A DNA stretch of 32,662 nucleotides, taken from the sequence record SRR22947727_3693; one strand, written 5' to 3'. Position 1 is the stretch's first letter; every line of letters begins with the position of its first letter. A model generated the notes under the pieces. That model saw only the letters and a program-made list of their open reading frames with translations, searched no databases and was not told where the DNA came from. The translations under genes were made by a program, and so were the position numbers. Below are positions 1-8,702 of the stretch, one piece after another.

Positions 1-30
1 TGTGAGATGTTTGATCATAAGGTAAGTGGT
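1..30. repeat. Terminal direct repeat, left copy (tgtgagatgtttgatcataaggtaagtggt)
   Basis: Bases 1-30 are identical to bases 32633-32662. The sequence encodes CEMFDHKVSG, in frame with the GT4 gene at the right end. Confidence 0.97.
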
Positions 31-484
31 AGTTCATTTTCTTGAATGGATCGACCAACAGGGAATTCGATGTGATGCTCTATGTTGCCTATATGCAACT
101 GCACCATTCGTTCAGGCAGAAGATCTGCGGCGTTCATTGCAGTTGCTGATGGATTCCAGGTCGGGATCCGCGGTGTTTGCTGCGACCTCGTTTCCGTTTC
201 CGATTCAACGCGCGATTCATATTGATGGTGAGGGCTATTCCGCCATGTTTCAGCCGGAATGTTTTAGTTCTCGCAGCCAAGACTTGGTGGAGGCTTTTCA
301 CGATGCCGGCCAGTTCTATTGGGCGACTCCACAAACATGGGGCGAAGTTATCAATTTATTTGAGGGCATGCGACCTCTGATCTTGCCTCGCTGGCGTGTC
401 CAAGATATCGATAACGAAGAAGATTGGAGGCGGGCCGAGTTGCTGCATCAGCTTCTAATGAAGCAAGGCCTGATTCATGGCTGA
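26..484 (+). CDS. pseF: Pseudaminic acid cytidylyltransferase (CMP-nonulosonate synthetase), 5'-truncated
   Basis: Motifs CCLYATAPF, FPIQRA, SRSQDL..AFHDAGQFYW and RVQDIDNEEDW match the PseF C-terminal two-thirds. The N-terminal IIPARGGSK nucleotide-binding motif is absent and an in-frame TAA at 23-25 prevents extension. The stop overlaps the next start. Confidence 0.88.
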   Translation: MVVHFLEWIDQQGIRCDALCCLYATAPFVQAEDLRRSLQLLMDSRSGSAVFAATSFPFPIQRAIHIDGEGYSAMFQPECFSSRSQDLVEAFHDAGQFYWATPQTWGEVINLFEGMRPLILPRWRVQDIDNEEDWRRAELLHQLLMKQGLIHG

Positions 485-1166
485 TTCTGTTCTTGTAGTC
501 GCCGCCCATCCCGATGACGAAGTGCTCGGTTGCGGCGGAACCATTGCGCGACACGCTGATTCCGGCGATCAAGTGCAAGTACTCATTGTGGCGGAGGGCT
601 CCACATCCCGACAGCAAGAGCGCGATCGAGCCCAAGTTGAAGATGAACTTTCAGCCCTGGCTAAAGCTTCAAAAACGTCTGGATCAATCCTTGGTGCAGC
701 GGGTGTGGAGCTCCTCGATCTTCCAGATAACCGCTTGGATTCCTTGGATCGTCTTGATCTCATCAAGCGCATTGAAGAAATCGTTGAGCGCCACCAACCA
801 GAGTGTGTTTACGTCCACCATGCTGGTGATGTGAATGTGGACCATCGCCGATTGCATGAGGCGGTGGTGACGGCATGCAGGCCGATGCCTGGCCAAGTAG
901 TGAAGCGGTTGCTCAGTTTTGAGGTGGCTAGCAGCACGGAATGGCAGCCGCCGGGATCCGCCCCGGCCTTCCAGCCCAACTGGTTTGTTGACATTTCAGA
1001 TCAATGGGAGCGCAAACGGGAAGCTCTGGTGGCCTACTCAAGTGAAATGCGAAACTGGCCCCACGCCCGCTCCCTTGAGGCTGTAGAGCACCTGGCACGC
1101 TGGCGCGGCGCTCAGTTGGGCGTCGAAGCAGCGGAAGCATTTTGTTTGCTGCGACAGCTGGTGTGA
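477..1166 (+). CDS. PIG-L/LmbE family N-acetyl-sugar deacetylase
   Basis: Metal-binding motifs VVAAHPDDEVLGCGG and H..GDVNVDH, plus C-terminal FVDIS...K..AL..Y.SE and AEAF. Confidence 0.92.
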   Translation: MADSVLVVAAHPDDEVLGCGGTIARHADSGDQVQVLIVAEGSTSRQQERDRAQVEDELSALAKASKTSGSILGAAGVELLDLPDNRLDSLDRLDLIKRIEEIVERHQPECVYVHHAGDVNVDHRRLHEAVVTACRPMPGQVVKRLLSFEVASSTEWQPPGSAPAFQPNWFVDISDQWERKREALVAYSSEMRNWPHARSLEAVEHLARWRGAQLGVEAAEAFCLLRQLV

Positions 1167-3403
1167 TGAATATCCTCATCCGCTGCGACGCATCCCTGCT
1201 GATCGGCAGTGGTCATGTAGTGCGCTGCCGCACCTTGGCTCGCGAGCTGCAGCGACGAGGTGTGCAGGTCACCTTTCTTTGCCGTCGCCAGTCCGGTGAT
1301 CTGATCAATCTGCTGAAGCCAGAGTTTGCGGTGTTGGCTCTACCCGAGCAGACGTTGGCTGCAGGTAATGGATTGGATGGCCGCGATCTCTACAGCTCTT
1401 GGCTTGGTTGCAGTCAGGACCAGGATGCCGCCCAGTGCCTAGAGGTTCTTGCTGAAGCCGGGATCAACGGAGCCAGCTGGATCGTGGCAGACCACTACGG
1501 CCTTGATGCTCGCTGGGAAGCGCATCTGCTCGCGGGTTTGCCCGGGACCGATGCAGGCCCCAAACTCCTGGTGATCGATGACTTGGCCGATCGGCCTCAC
1601 CAGGCTGATCTATTGCTGGATCAGAACTTCTTTGGTGAGGCCACGCATCAGCGTTATCAGGATCTGGTGCCGCCGCAGTGCCGCCAACTTCTAGGTCCCC
1701 ATTACGCCCTGCTGGGCCCGGAATATGCCCAGCTGCATCCTCTGGTGGTGCCGCGCACCGAGCTGCGTCGGGTGCTTGTGTTCTTCGGGGGAGTGGATCC
1801 AGACAATCTCACGGGCCGGGCGCTGGAGGCCTTGATGGATCCCCCGCTGGCTGATCTGGCGGTGGATGTGGTGCTAGGGCTTCAGAGCCCCCACCGCCAG
1901 GCGGTGGCCGAGCTAGTGGCCCGTAGGCCCCACACCACCCTGCACGAACCACTGCCGAGCTTGGCCGGTTTAATCGCTCGAGCGGATTTGGCGATCGGCG
2001 CCGGTGGTGCCACCACCTGGGAAAGAGCATGTCTTGGGCTGCCGAGCCTGGTTGTGGCGATTGCTGCGAATCAGCTCCCTTTCGCCGAGGCCCTTGCTCA
2101 GGATGGTCACATCCAGCTCTTGGGCGTTGGGGCCAGCGTGATTGCTGAGCAGATCCGCTCAGCGCTTCTGTCTCTAACGTCTGTGAGGAAGCCTGAAAAA
2201 GCAGCTCCTGCCCTGACTGATGGCTGGGGTGCACCACGCCTGGCAATGGCGATGCTGGGCCCCCAGGGGGCAATCAGTCTGCGACCATCCATAGCTGCCG
2301 ACGAAGCCCTGCTGTTGCAATGGGCTAACGATCCTCAGGTGCGCGCCAATAGCTTCTCGCCGGAGCCAATTGCACCGAAAGATCACCACCACTGGTTTCA
2401 GAAAGGTCTGACAGACCCGAATCGTCTCTTGCTGATCGCCACGGCAGCAGATGGCTGTCTGATCGGCCAGATCCGCTTTGATCGACAGCCCGGCAGCGCT
2501 CAAGCTGATGGCAGTGAGGCTGCTGTTGATCTCTCTCTCGATCGCTGTGCCCGTGGCCATGGGCTGGCTGCTGAGCTGGTGCGGTTAGGTCTACAGGCGA
2601 TGGAACAACGCTGGGGTCCTGCTGTTGAGGCCGTAGCTCAGGTGCTCACGAGCAACACCGCCAGCAATGCCTGTTTTGCGCGCGCTGACTTCACGTCTGA
2701 TTCAGAACTCCTTTCGGAGTCCCCCCCCCAGCTCTCCGGCGGTGAAGCGTTGGCATTGGCGCCCGGCCGCATCACACTTCTCAGCGATCGTGGCAGTTGG
2801 CTTAATGCTTTTCTTCCTGATCTAATAACCGCTTTGTGGCAGCGGGGCCATGCAGTGCGCTGGATCCACACTCCGTCAGCTCTAGGTGCAGGCGATGTCT
2901 GCCTGTTGCTGAGCTGCGGTCGTTTACTCAGTTCTCAGCAACTGGCGCTCCACCGCTACAACCTGGTGGTGCATGAGAGCGCGCTGCCTCAGGGTCAGGG
3001 ATGGAGTCCGATGACCTGGCAGATCCTTGAGGGGGCCAGCTCCATCCCCATCACCCTGTTTGAGGCTGTTGCTGATCTTGATGCCGGTCCCATCCACCTA
3101 CAGCAGGAGATCACGCTCCAGGGCCATGAGCTGGTGGATGAGTGGCGTGCCTTGCAGGCACGTGCCACCTTCGATCTCTGTTTGACCTGGTTTGATCGTC
3201 ACCATGAGGTGGTCAAGGCAGCTCAACCTCAGCACGGTGAAGTGAGCCACTACCGCCGGCGCCGTCCAGCTGATTCCAAGTTGGATCCAGAGCTGTCTCT
3301 GGCCGAGCAGTTCAATGTGCTGCGAGTGGTCGACAACCAGCGTTATCCGGCTTTCTTCCAGTGGCGCGGCAGGCGCTACATACTGAATCTTCAATCTGAT
3401 TGA
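1166..3403 (+). CDS. pseG: Fusion of PseG UDP-2,4-diacetamido-2,4,6-trideoxy-altrose hydrolase, PseH-like GNAT acetyltransferase and formyltransferase-fold domain
   Basis: ATG at 1166 overlaps the previous stop (TGATG). PseG motifs RCDAS..IGSGHVVRC.TLA, DHYGLD, VIDDLADR, FFGGVD, GAGGATTWER. GNAT at about 2270-2695 (WANDPQVRANSF, IGQIRFD, RGHGLA, N.AS). Formyltransferase at about 2760-3403 (VVHESALPQGQGWSP, DLDAGPI, LRVVDNQRYPAFF). Confidence 0.9.
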   Translation: MNILIRCDASLLIGSGHVVRCRTLARELQRRGVQVTFLCRRQSGDLINLLKPEFAVLALPEQTLAAGNGLDGRDLYSSWLGCSQDQDAAQCLEVLAEAGINGASWIVADHYGLDARWEAHLLAGLPGTDAGPKLLVIDDLADRPHQADLLLDQNFFGEATHQRYQDLVPPQCRQLLGPHYALLGPEYAQLHPLVVPRTELRRVLVFFGGVDPDNLTGRALEALMDPPLADLAVDVVLGLQSPHRQAVAELVARRPHTTLHEPLPSLAGLIARADLAIGAGGATTWERACLGLPSLVVAIAANQLPFAEALAQDGHIQLLGVGASVIAEQIRSALLSLTSVRKPEKAAPALTDGWGAPRLAMAMLGPQGAISLRPSIAADEALLLQWANDPQVRANSFSPEPIAPKDHHHWFQKGLTDPNRLLLIATAADGCLIGQIRFDRQPGSAQADGSEAAVDLSLDRCARGHGLAAELVRLGLQAMEQRWGPAVEAVAQVLTSNTASNACFARADFTSDSELLSESPPQLSGGEALALAPGRITLLSDRGSWLNAFLPDLITALWQRGHAVRWIHTPSALGAGDVCLLLSCGRLLSSQQLALHRYNLVVHESALPQGQGWSPMTWQILEGASSIPITLFEAVADLDAGPIHLQQEITLQGHELVDEWRALQARATFDLCLTWFDRHHEVVKAAQPQHGEVSHYRRRRPADSKLDPELSLAEQFNVLRVVDNQRYPAFFQWRGRRYILNLQSD
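2721..2729 (+). repeat. C9 homopolymer tract in the interdomain linker of the PseG fusion
   Basis: Sequence ...ggagt ccccccccc agctc... encodes S-P-P-Q between the GNAT and formyltransferase domains. Confidence 0.9.
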
Positions 3404-3491
3404 GCTGATATGGGGTTTAGGAATTCCAAACCACTTGTCATGATGAACAAACCGATGTGATCACTTTCGCTTTGGTAATGGCAAGTCACTG

Positions 3492-4238
3492 ATGGGCCCC
3501 ATTTCACCTCTCCACCAACGACCCCTACTGTTGCTCTCCAGCCGGCCTTGGAACAGCGCTTTGGCTGATCGACTCAGCAAAAAACTCAATCGCATCGTTG
3601 AAAGCATTGCCGACCCTGCCGAGCTCACCTCGGAAGCTGTAGCGGAGATCAATCCACAGTGGATTTTTGTGCCGCACTGGAGCCATCTGATTCCCGAATC
3701 GATCTGGGGTTCATGGCCAACTGTGATCTTCCATATGACCGACTTGCCCTACGGCCGAGGCGGCAGCCCGTTGCAGAATCTGATACAGCGAGGACACAGC
3801 AGCACCATGCTCACAGCTCTGCGTTGCGGTGCTGGCCTTGATACAGGTGACATCTACGCCAAGCAGCCTTTGAGTCTGCATGGCAGCGCAGAAGAAATCT
3901 TTCTCAGGGCTGACGCTTTGATGGAGAAGATGATTGAACAAATCGTGTGCGAGGAGCCCGCTGCTACTCCCCAGCAAGGAGAGCCGGTGCTATTCACCCG
4001 CCGAACTCCAGCCCAGAGCAATCTGGCCAGCTGCCCGGAAGGAGATCTGAGCTCCTGGTACGACCAGATCCGCATGCTCGATGCAGAGAGTTATCCCCAG
4101 GCCTTTCTTGAAGCCCATGGGATGCGGTTGGAATTTCGCCGCGTATCCGAACGCAGCGACGGGCTCCATGCCGATGTGAAAATCACGCCATTAGCCGCTA
4201 TTCAACCCGTTACAAAAACACCTCCCTATGACGATTGA
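3492..4238 (+). CDS. Formyltransferase-family (Fmt-like) protein, sugar-modifying
   Basis: FVPHWSHLIP, FHMTDLPYGRGGSPLQNLI, GLDTGDIY, YDQIRMLDAESYPQAF. Overlaps the pseI start. The exact start codon is uncertain. Confidence 0.85.
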   Translation: MGPISPLHQRPLLLLSSRPWNSALADRLSKKLNRIVESIADPAELTSEAVAEINPQWIFVPHWSHLIPESIWGSWPTVIFHMTDLPYGRGGSPLQNLIQRGHSSTMLTALRCGAGLDTGDIYAKQPLSLHGSAEEIFLRADALMEKMIEQIVCEEPAATPQQGEPVLFTRRTPAQSNLASCPEGDLSSWYDQIRMLDAESYPQAFLEAHGMRLEFRRVSERSDGLHADVKITPLAAIQPVTKTPPYDD

Positions 4239-5277
4239 GATTGCAGGCCGTTCCATCGGACCTGATCATCACCCGTTTGTGATTGCCGAGATGAGTGGCA
4301 ATCACAACCAGAGCCTTGAAAGGGCACTAGAGATCGTCGAAGCTGCTGCCAAGGCTGGAGCACATGCCATCAAGCTGCAGACCTACACTGCCGACACGAT
4401 GACGCTCGATGCGCGCGGTGGCAGTTTTGAGATTAACGATCCCAACTCCCTCTGGTCCGGCCAAAACCTTCACGACCTCTACAAAAAGGCATACACCCCG
4501 TGGGAATGGCATGCCCCGATCATGGAACGCGCACGCGCGTTGGGGTTGATTTGCTTTAGTTCACCTTTTGATGAGACGGCCGTTGATTTTCTGAATGATC
4601 TCAACGTTCCGGCATTCAAGATTGCCAGCTTTGAAAATAATCATCTTCCGTTAATTCGGAAAGCTGCGAGTACCGGTAAGCCATTGATCATCTCGACGGG
4701 TATGGCTTCGCTTGCTGATTTAGAGCGGGCGGTGACAACGGCGCGGGAGGCTGGCTGCGAAAATCTCATTCTGCTGAAATGTACGAGTACTTATCCGGCT
4801 ACACCGGAAACGACAAACATCCGTACGATTCCCCATCTCCGTGATCTATTCGGAGTTCAAGTGGGGCTGTCTGATCACACAATGGGGGTTGGTGTTGCAG
4901 TTGCTTCTGTTGCCATCGGTGCAACGGTGGTGGAAAAGCACTTCACCCTTCGACGTGCGGATGGTGGTGTGGATAGCTCGTTTTCCCTGGAGCCAGATGA
5001 GCTGGCGTCACTGGTCTTGGAGACAGAAAGAGCCTGGCAAGCCCTCGGTGATGTGTGTTACGGCCCTACCGATGCGGAAAAGAAGAGCTTGATCTTCCGT
5101 CGATCAATTTATGTGGCCAAAGATATTGTTGAAGGTGAGAAGTTCACGCCTGAAAATCTTCGGGTGGTTCGTCCAGGTTATGGAGCTGCGCCTCATCTTT
5201 ATGAGCAGCTTCTTGGACGTCCTGCTCGGCGCTCTTATAAGCAGGGTACCCCCCTCAGCCTTGATCAGCTTTTTTGA
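4228..5277 (+). CDS. pseI: Pseudaminic acid synthase (NeuB family)
   Basis: PFVIAEMSGNHNQSL, KLQTYTADTMT, AYTPWEWH, KIASFE, LKCTSTYPA, GLSDHTMG, EKHFTL, and a C-terminal SAF domain (RRSIYV...RPGYG). Confidence 0.95.
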   Translation: MTIEIAGRSIGPDHHPFVIAEMSGNHNQSLERALEIVEAAAKAGAHAIKLQTYTADTMTLDARGGSFEINDPNSLWSGQNLHDLYKKAYTPWEWHAPIMERARALGLICFSSPFDETAVDFLNDLNVPAFKIASFENNHLPLIRKAASTGKPLIISTGMASLADLERAVTTAREAGCENLILLKCTSTYPATPETTNIRTIPHLRDLFGVQVGLSDHTMGVGVAVASVAIGATVVEKHFTLRRADGGVDSSFSLEPDELASLVLETERAWQALGDVCYGPTDAEKKSLIFRRSIYVAKDIVEGEKFTPENLRVVRPGYGAAPHLYEQLLGRPARRSYKQGTPLSLDQLF

Positions 5278-5314
5278 AAGTGATTTTCCTCTGGAATCAT
5301 ATGCTTTCATTTTT
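5275..5314 (+). terminator. Possible intrinsic terminator after pseI
   Basis: Imperfect hairpin (tgaaag/ctttca outer stem; tga..ttcc-tct-ggaatca inner stem) followed by a T run. AT-rich and bulged, so weak. Confidence 0.3.
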
Positions 5315-5641
5315 GATTTATGATGGCGATTTTATGCATTAAGGATTGTTTGTCTATCCTCTGCTCGCAAGTTTCATTGGTCAATGCCTTCTCTTGCACA
5401 TTCCGAAGAGTTTTGAGGTCTATATGCAGGGCTATGAGCAAAGCATCAATCATTTTCTTGCGATTGAGCGTCTGGGTGGACCTCAGTTTACTGGTATTTA
5501 ATCATTGATGAACTTCATTTCTACTAGCCGGGCATTCAAGCGACCTCAAGTTGGATCCTCATTCCGTATAGGATTAATGAGTATATATGTTGAGGCTATA
5601 CTAAGAAAGCGAGTCTACCCAAAAATTTTCTTTTCAAATTC

Positions 5642-6352
5642 ATGTCTTGCATCGGCATCCTCTCCACTATAGATAATCCTCAGCTAGCAGGATATCTTGC
5701 AAGTTTAAGTAGAATTGGCCTTGTTGATTATGTGGTGATATGTGACTCAAAGTGCTTGTCTCTTAAGCAAATTCAGCTATTTTCTGACCGCCTTGGTGGC
5801 TGGAGTATTGCTGAGCATTTTAATTTTAATGTCAATCGTGATTCCCCGACGACCCCTTTCTATTTTGTAGAAAATCATAATTCATTAAGTTCTCTTGCCT
5901 TGATAAAAGCTTTGGGGTGTTCATTCCTCCTCAATGCTGGAACTCCTCGCAAACTAAGTGGCTCTATTCTTAGCTCTACTGTTGGCGGGGTTCTCAATAT
6001 TCATCCAGGCGCTTTGCCTTCTTATAGAGGTAAAAACTGCCCGGAATGGGCTATCTTTCATGATGAAAGAGTGATCCTATCTGCGCATATAATGGAGGCT
6101 GAGTATGATGAGGGCGACGTTCTTAAAATCTCAGAAGTTGATTGGAGATCTTCTAATAGCTATGTCAATTTTAGGCGAGCTGTATATCTTAAAAGTTTTG
6201 AGCTTGCTTCAAAGGTTTGTCGAGAACTAGTTGAAGGCACAAGTGTAGTATTGTTCAATAGTAAGAGTTCTAAAGACCTATCAGTAATACGTAATGCAAT
6301 GCCCGACGAACTGCTGCAGGTTGTGAAAAATCGTTTTAATGTATCTTTATAG
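5642..6352 (+). CDS. Formyltransferase-family protein
   Basis: Canonical NIHPGALPSYRG..CPEW and EYDEGD motifs. Confidence 0.85.
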   Translation: MSCIGILSTIDNPQLAGYLASLSRIGLVDYVVICDSKCLSLKQIQLFSDRLGGWSIAEHFNFNVNRDSPTTPFYFVENHNSLSSLALIKALGCSFLLNAGTPRKLSGSILSSTVGGVLNIHPGALPSYRGKNCPEWAIFHDERVILSAHIMEAEYDEGDVLKISEVDWRSSNSYVNFRRAVYLKSFELASKVCRELVEGTSVVLFNSKSSKDLSVIRNAMPDELLQVVKNRFNVSL

Positions 6353-6360
6353 TAGTTTTT

Positions 6361-7329
6361 ATGAAGCAATCCTTTTGCATTGATCACATATTACCTGGTT
6401 ATGGCTCAGTTGCACTTGTTGCTCATGATGCTGGAGCTGCCGCACATATCGCAGCTTGGTTTTCTTCTTCAAAAAAGAGTCTGAGTATCTACGCTGAGGG
6501 GCCAGCAAAAACCTTGTTTCAAGAACTCTTACAGCATCAGAAAGAAGAATCTCTAACCTCTGCTATTGATAAATCCTCTTTTGTCGTGACAGGTACTGGC
6601 TGGGCAAGTGATTTGGAGCATCGAGCACGCCAGCTTGCTGCTATTAAAAATATACCCAGTGTGGCTGTTCTTGATCACTGGGTTAACTATCGCGAGCGCT
6701 TTTGGCGCGAAGGCCTACTGGAGCTCCCTGGTGAGCTTTGGGTGGCAGATGATGAGGCTCTTGCTTTGGCTTCTGCATTGTTTCCGATGTTGCCTGTACA
6801 GCTTCTTCCCAACCACTGGTTGAATAATTTATGTAGCAAAGTCCAGAAAATCCGTAGTTGTCGAAAGGGGTATCTTCAGCCCCGCAGGCCAGCAAGGCGG
6901 CTCCTTTATTTACTTGAGCCAATTCGTGCGTCTTGGAGCGATGACCATGTTTGCAATATTGAGGCGGGTGAAATCCAAGCCTTGCGATATTGGCTCCAGC
7001 AGCTTCCCCAATTGATCGATAAAGGTTTTGTGGCGTGTACCCATCAGCTGGAATCCGTATCGTTGCGTCCCCATCCTTCCGAACCATTTGGCAAGTATGA
7101 CGCTCTGATATCTGAGTACTCAGCTGAATGGCCAATCAGCCTTGACTCATCATCGGGACTTGAAGAATCACTTGCATTGGCTGATGCCGCTTTTGGTTGT
7201 GAAACGCAGGCACTTGTCGCAGCCATTGCGTGCAATATACCTGCTTTTAGTACACTCCCACCTTGGGCTCCAGCTTGTCGCTTACCACAGCAATCTCTTA
7301 TACATCTATGCCGACTTAATCAGTTCTAA
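6361..7329 (+). CDS. Conserved hypothetical protein, possibly a GT-B-fold nonulosonate-related transferase
   Basis: 322-aa ORF with HDAGAA, TGTGWASDLE, LDHWVNYRERF and LRPHPSE motifs, of a kind seen in nonulosonic-acid loci. Function is inferred only. Confidence 0.7.
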   Translation: MKQSFCIDHILPGYGSVALVAHDAGAAAHIAAWFSSSKKSLSIYAEGPAKTLFQELLQHQKEESLTSAIDKSSFVVTGTGWASDLEHRARQLAAIKNIPSVAVLDHWVNYRERFWREGLLELPGELWVADDEALALASALFPMLPVQLLPNHWLNNLCSKVQKIRSCRKGYLQPRRPARRLLYLLEPIRASWSDDHVCNIEAGEIQALRYWLQQLPQLIDKGFVACTHQLESVSLRPHPSEPFGKYDALISEYSAEWPISLDSSSGLEESLALADAAFGCETQALVAAIACNIPAFSTLPPWAPACRLPQQSLIHLCRLNQF

Positions 7330-7552
7330 AGCCATAGAGTCCTCAGACTTTTTGAATATTAGCAAAGATTAAATCTATGGCTCTTTGCGCTTGATTTAGA
7401 CAGTCTTTACGAGGCATAATGTATTTACTTTCGTTGTAGAATCCCCTCTTCTGACTATTTTCTGAACGATAATGTGTACTGTAATTGCGGCGATGATTTA
7501 AGTTGTTCCTTGGCAAGAACATGTGTTAAAATTAAGAAAATAAGCCTTAGGC

Positions 7553-8695
7553 ATGATTAAGTACTGCGCAAAGTGTTTAATTCCTGACACCAAGCCTAGT
7601 ATTAGATTTAATGAAAATGGTATTTGCTCTGCATGTCATTGGCATGATACCAAAAGTGTTTTCTACAGTAAAAAAAGAAGTTTTAGAGATATTGTGCTCT
7701 CTAAGAAATCAAATCCAGATTACGATTGTATTATCCCTGTTTCAGGTGGTAAAGATAGTACTTATCAGGTCTGGAGAGTTTTAAATGAAGGACTCAACCC
7801 GTTGTGCGTTACGGCTCCAACAGACTTTTTAACACCTATAGGCAGAAAAAATATTGAAAATATTAAATCTCTGGGAGTTGATCATATAGAAGTATCTGTA
7901 AATTCTTCTGTAAGAAGAAAGATTAACAGATATGCTTTAACCACAGTTGGAGACATACAATGGCCGGAGCACGTTTTAATATTCACAATACCGGTGCAAA
8001 TTGCGGTCAAGTTCAATATTCAAGTTATCATTTGGGGTGAAAATTCAGTTAGGGAGTATGGTGCTGGTAGAAAAGAAGATGAAGCAATAGGCGTACAATT
8101 TACAAGACAGTATATGGAAGAGAATTGTGGTTTTAATGGATTACGTGTTAGTGACTTATCAAGCATTTTAGATATTGAGGAAAGGCAACTTAGTTTTTAT
8201 CGTTATCCAGAAGATTCTCTGGTTGAAAACACTGGCGTTATGGGTCTTTTCCTTGATGATTTTTTCCCTTGGAATGGAATGACTAATCAATTGATTGCTA
8301 GATCACAAGGCTTCCAAGTAGCGACAACAAACATTCAAGGAACGCTTGCAAATTACGAAAATTTAGATAACTATTATCATGGGATCCATGATTACATCAA
8401 ATATTTAAAATATGGATTTAGTCGATCGACTGATCTTGCTTGTAATTGGATAAGGCGTGATTTACTTACTCGCCAGGATGCTATACATTTAGTAAGCAAG
8501 CATGATGGAGTGTATCCGTCAATGTATCTTGATATGCCATTAAATGATATTTTAAAGACAATCGACATGGATATTGAGGAATTTAATGAAGTCTGCGATC
8601 TCTTTACTAATTATGGACTTTTCAAGACAGATAATTCTGGAAAACTACTATACCGAGAAGATGGATCTCCAGAATTGAAAGATCCTTTAAAGTAA
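7553..8695 (+). CDS. N-acetyl sugar amidotransferase (WbuX/PseA-like, PP-loop)
   Basis: N-terminal CxxC...CxxC (YCAKCLIP...ICSAC), PP-loop YDCIIPVSGGKDS, IIWGEN and YLKYGF. Followed by hisH/hisF paralogs. Confidence 0.92.
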   Translation: MIKYCAKCLIPDTKPSIRFNENGICSACHWHDTKSVFYSKKRSFRDIVLSKKSNPDYDCIIPVSGGKDSTYQVWRVLNEGLNPLCVTAPTDFLTPIGRKNIENIKSLGVDHIEVSVNSSVRRKINRYALTTVGDIQWPEHVLIFTIPVQIAVKFNIQVIIWGENSVREYGAGRKEDEAIGVQFTRQYMEENCGFNGLRVSDLSSILDIEERQLSFYRYPEDSLVENTGVMGLFLDDFFPWNGMTNQLIARSQGFQVATTNIQGTLANYENLDNYYHGIHDYIKYLKYGFSRSTDLACNWIRRDLLTRQDAIHLVSKHDGVYPSMYLDMPLNDILKTIDMDIEEFNEVCDLFTNYGLFKTDNSGKLLYREDGSPELKDPLK

Positions 8696-8702
8696 AATTA
8701 TA

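Noticed and set aside
3492-4238. Housekeeping methionyl-tRNA formyltransferase (fmt)
   Set aside because: Too short, with non-canonical motifs, and embedded in the pse operon.
5315-5641. Intergenic region after pseI as a gene remnant, CRISPR array or repeat element
   Set aside because: No periodic repeats, and only short open frames without recognisable motifs.
7330-7382. 9-bp inverted repeat agccataga/tctatggct downstream of the 6361 gene
   Set aside because: 35-nt spacer and a weak U-tract. Not convincing as a terminator or element end.
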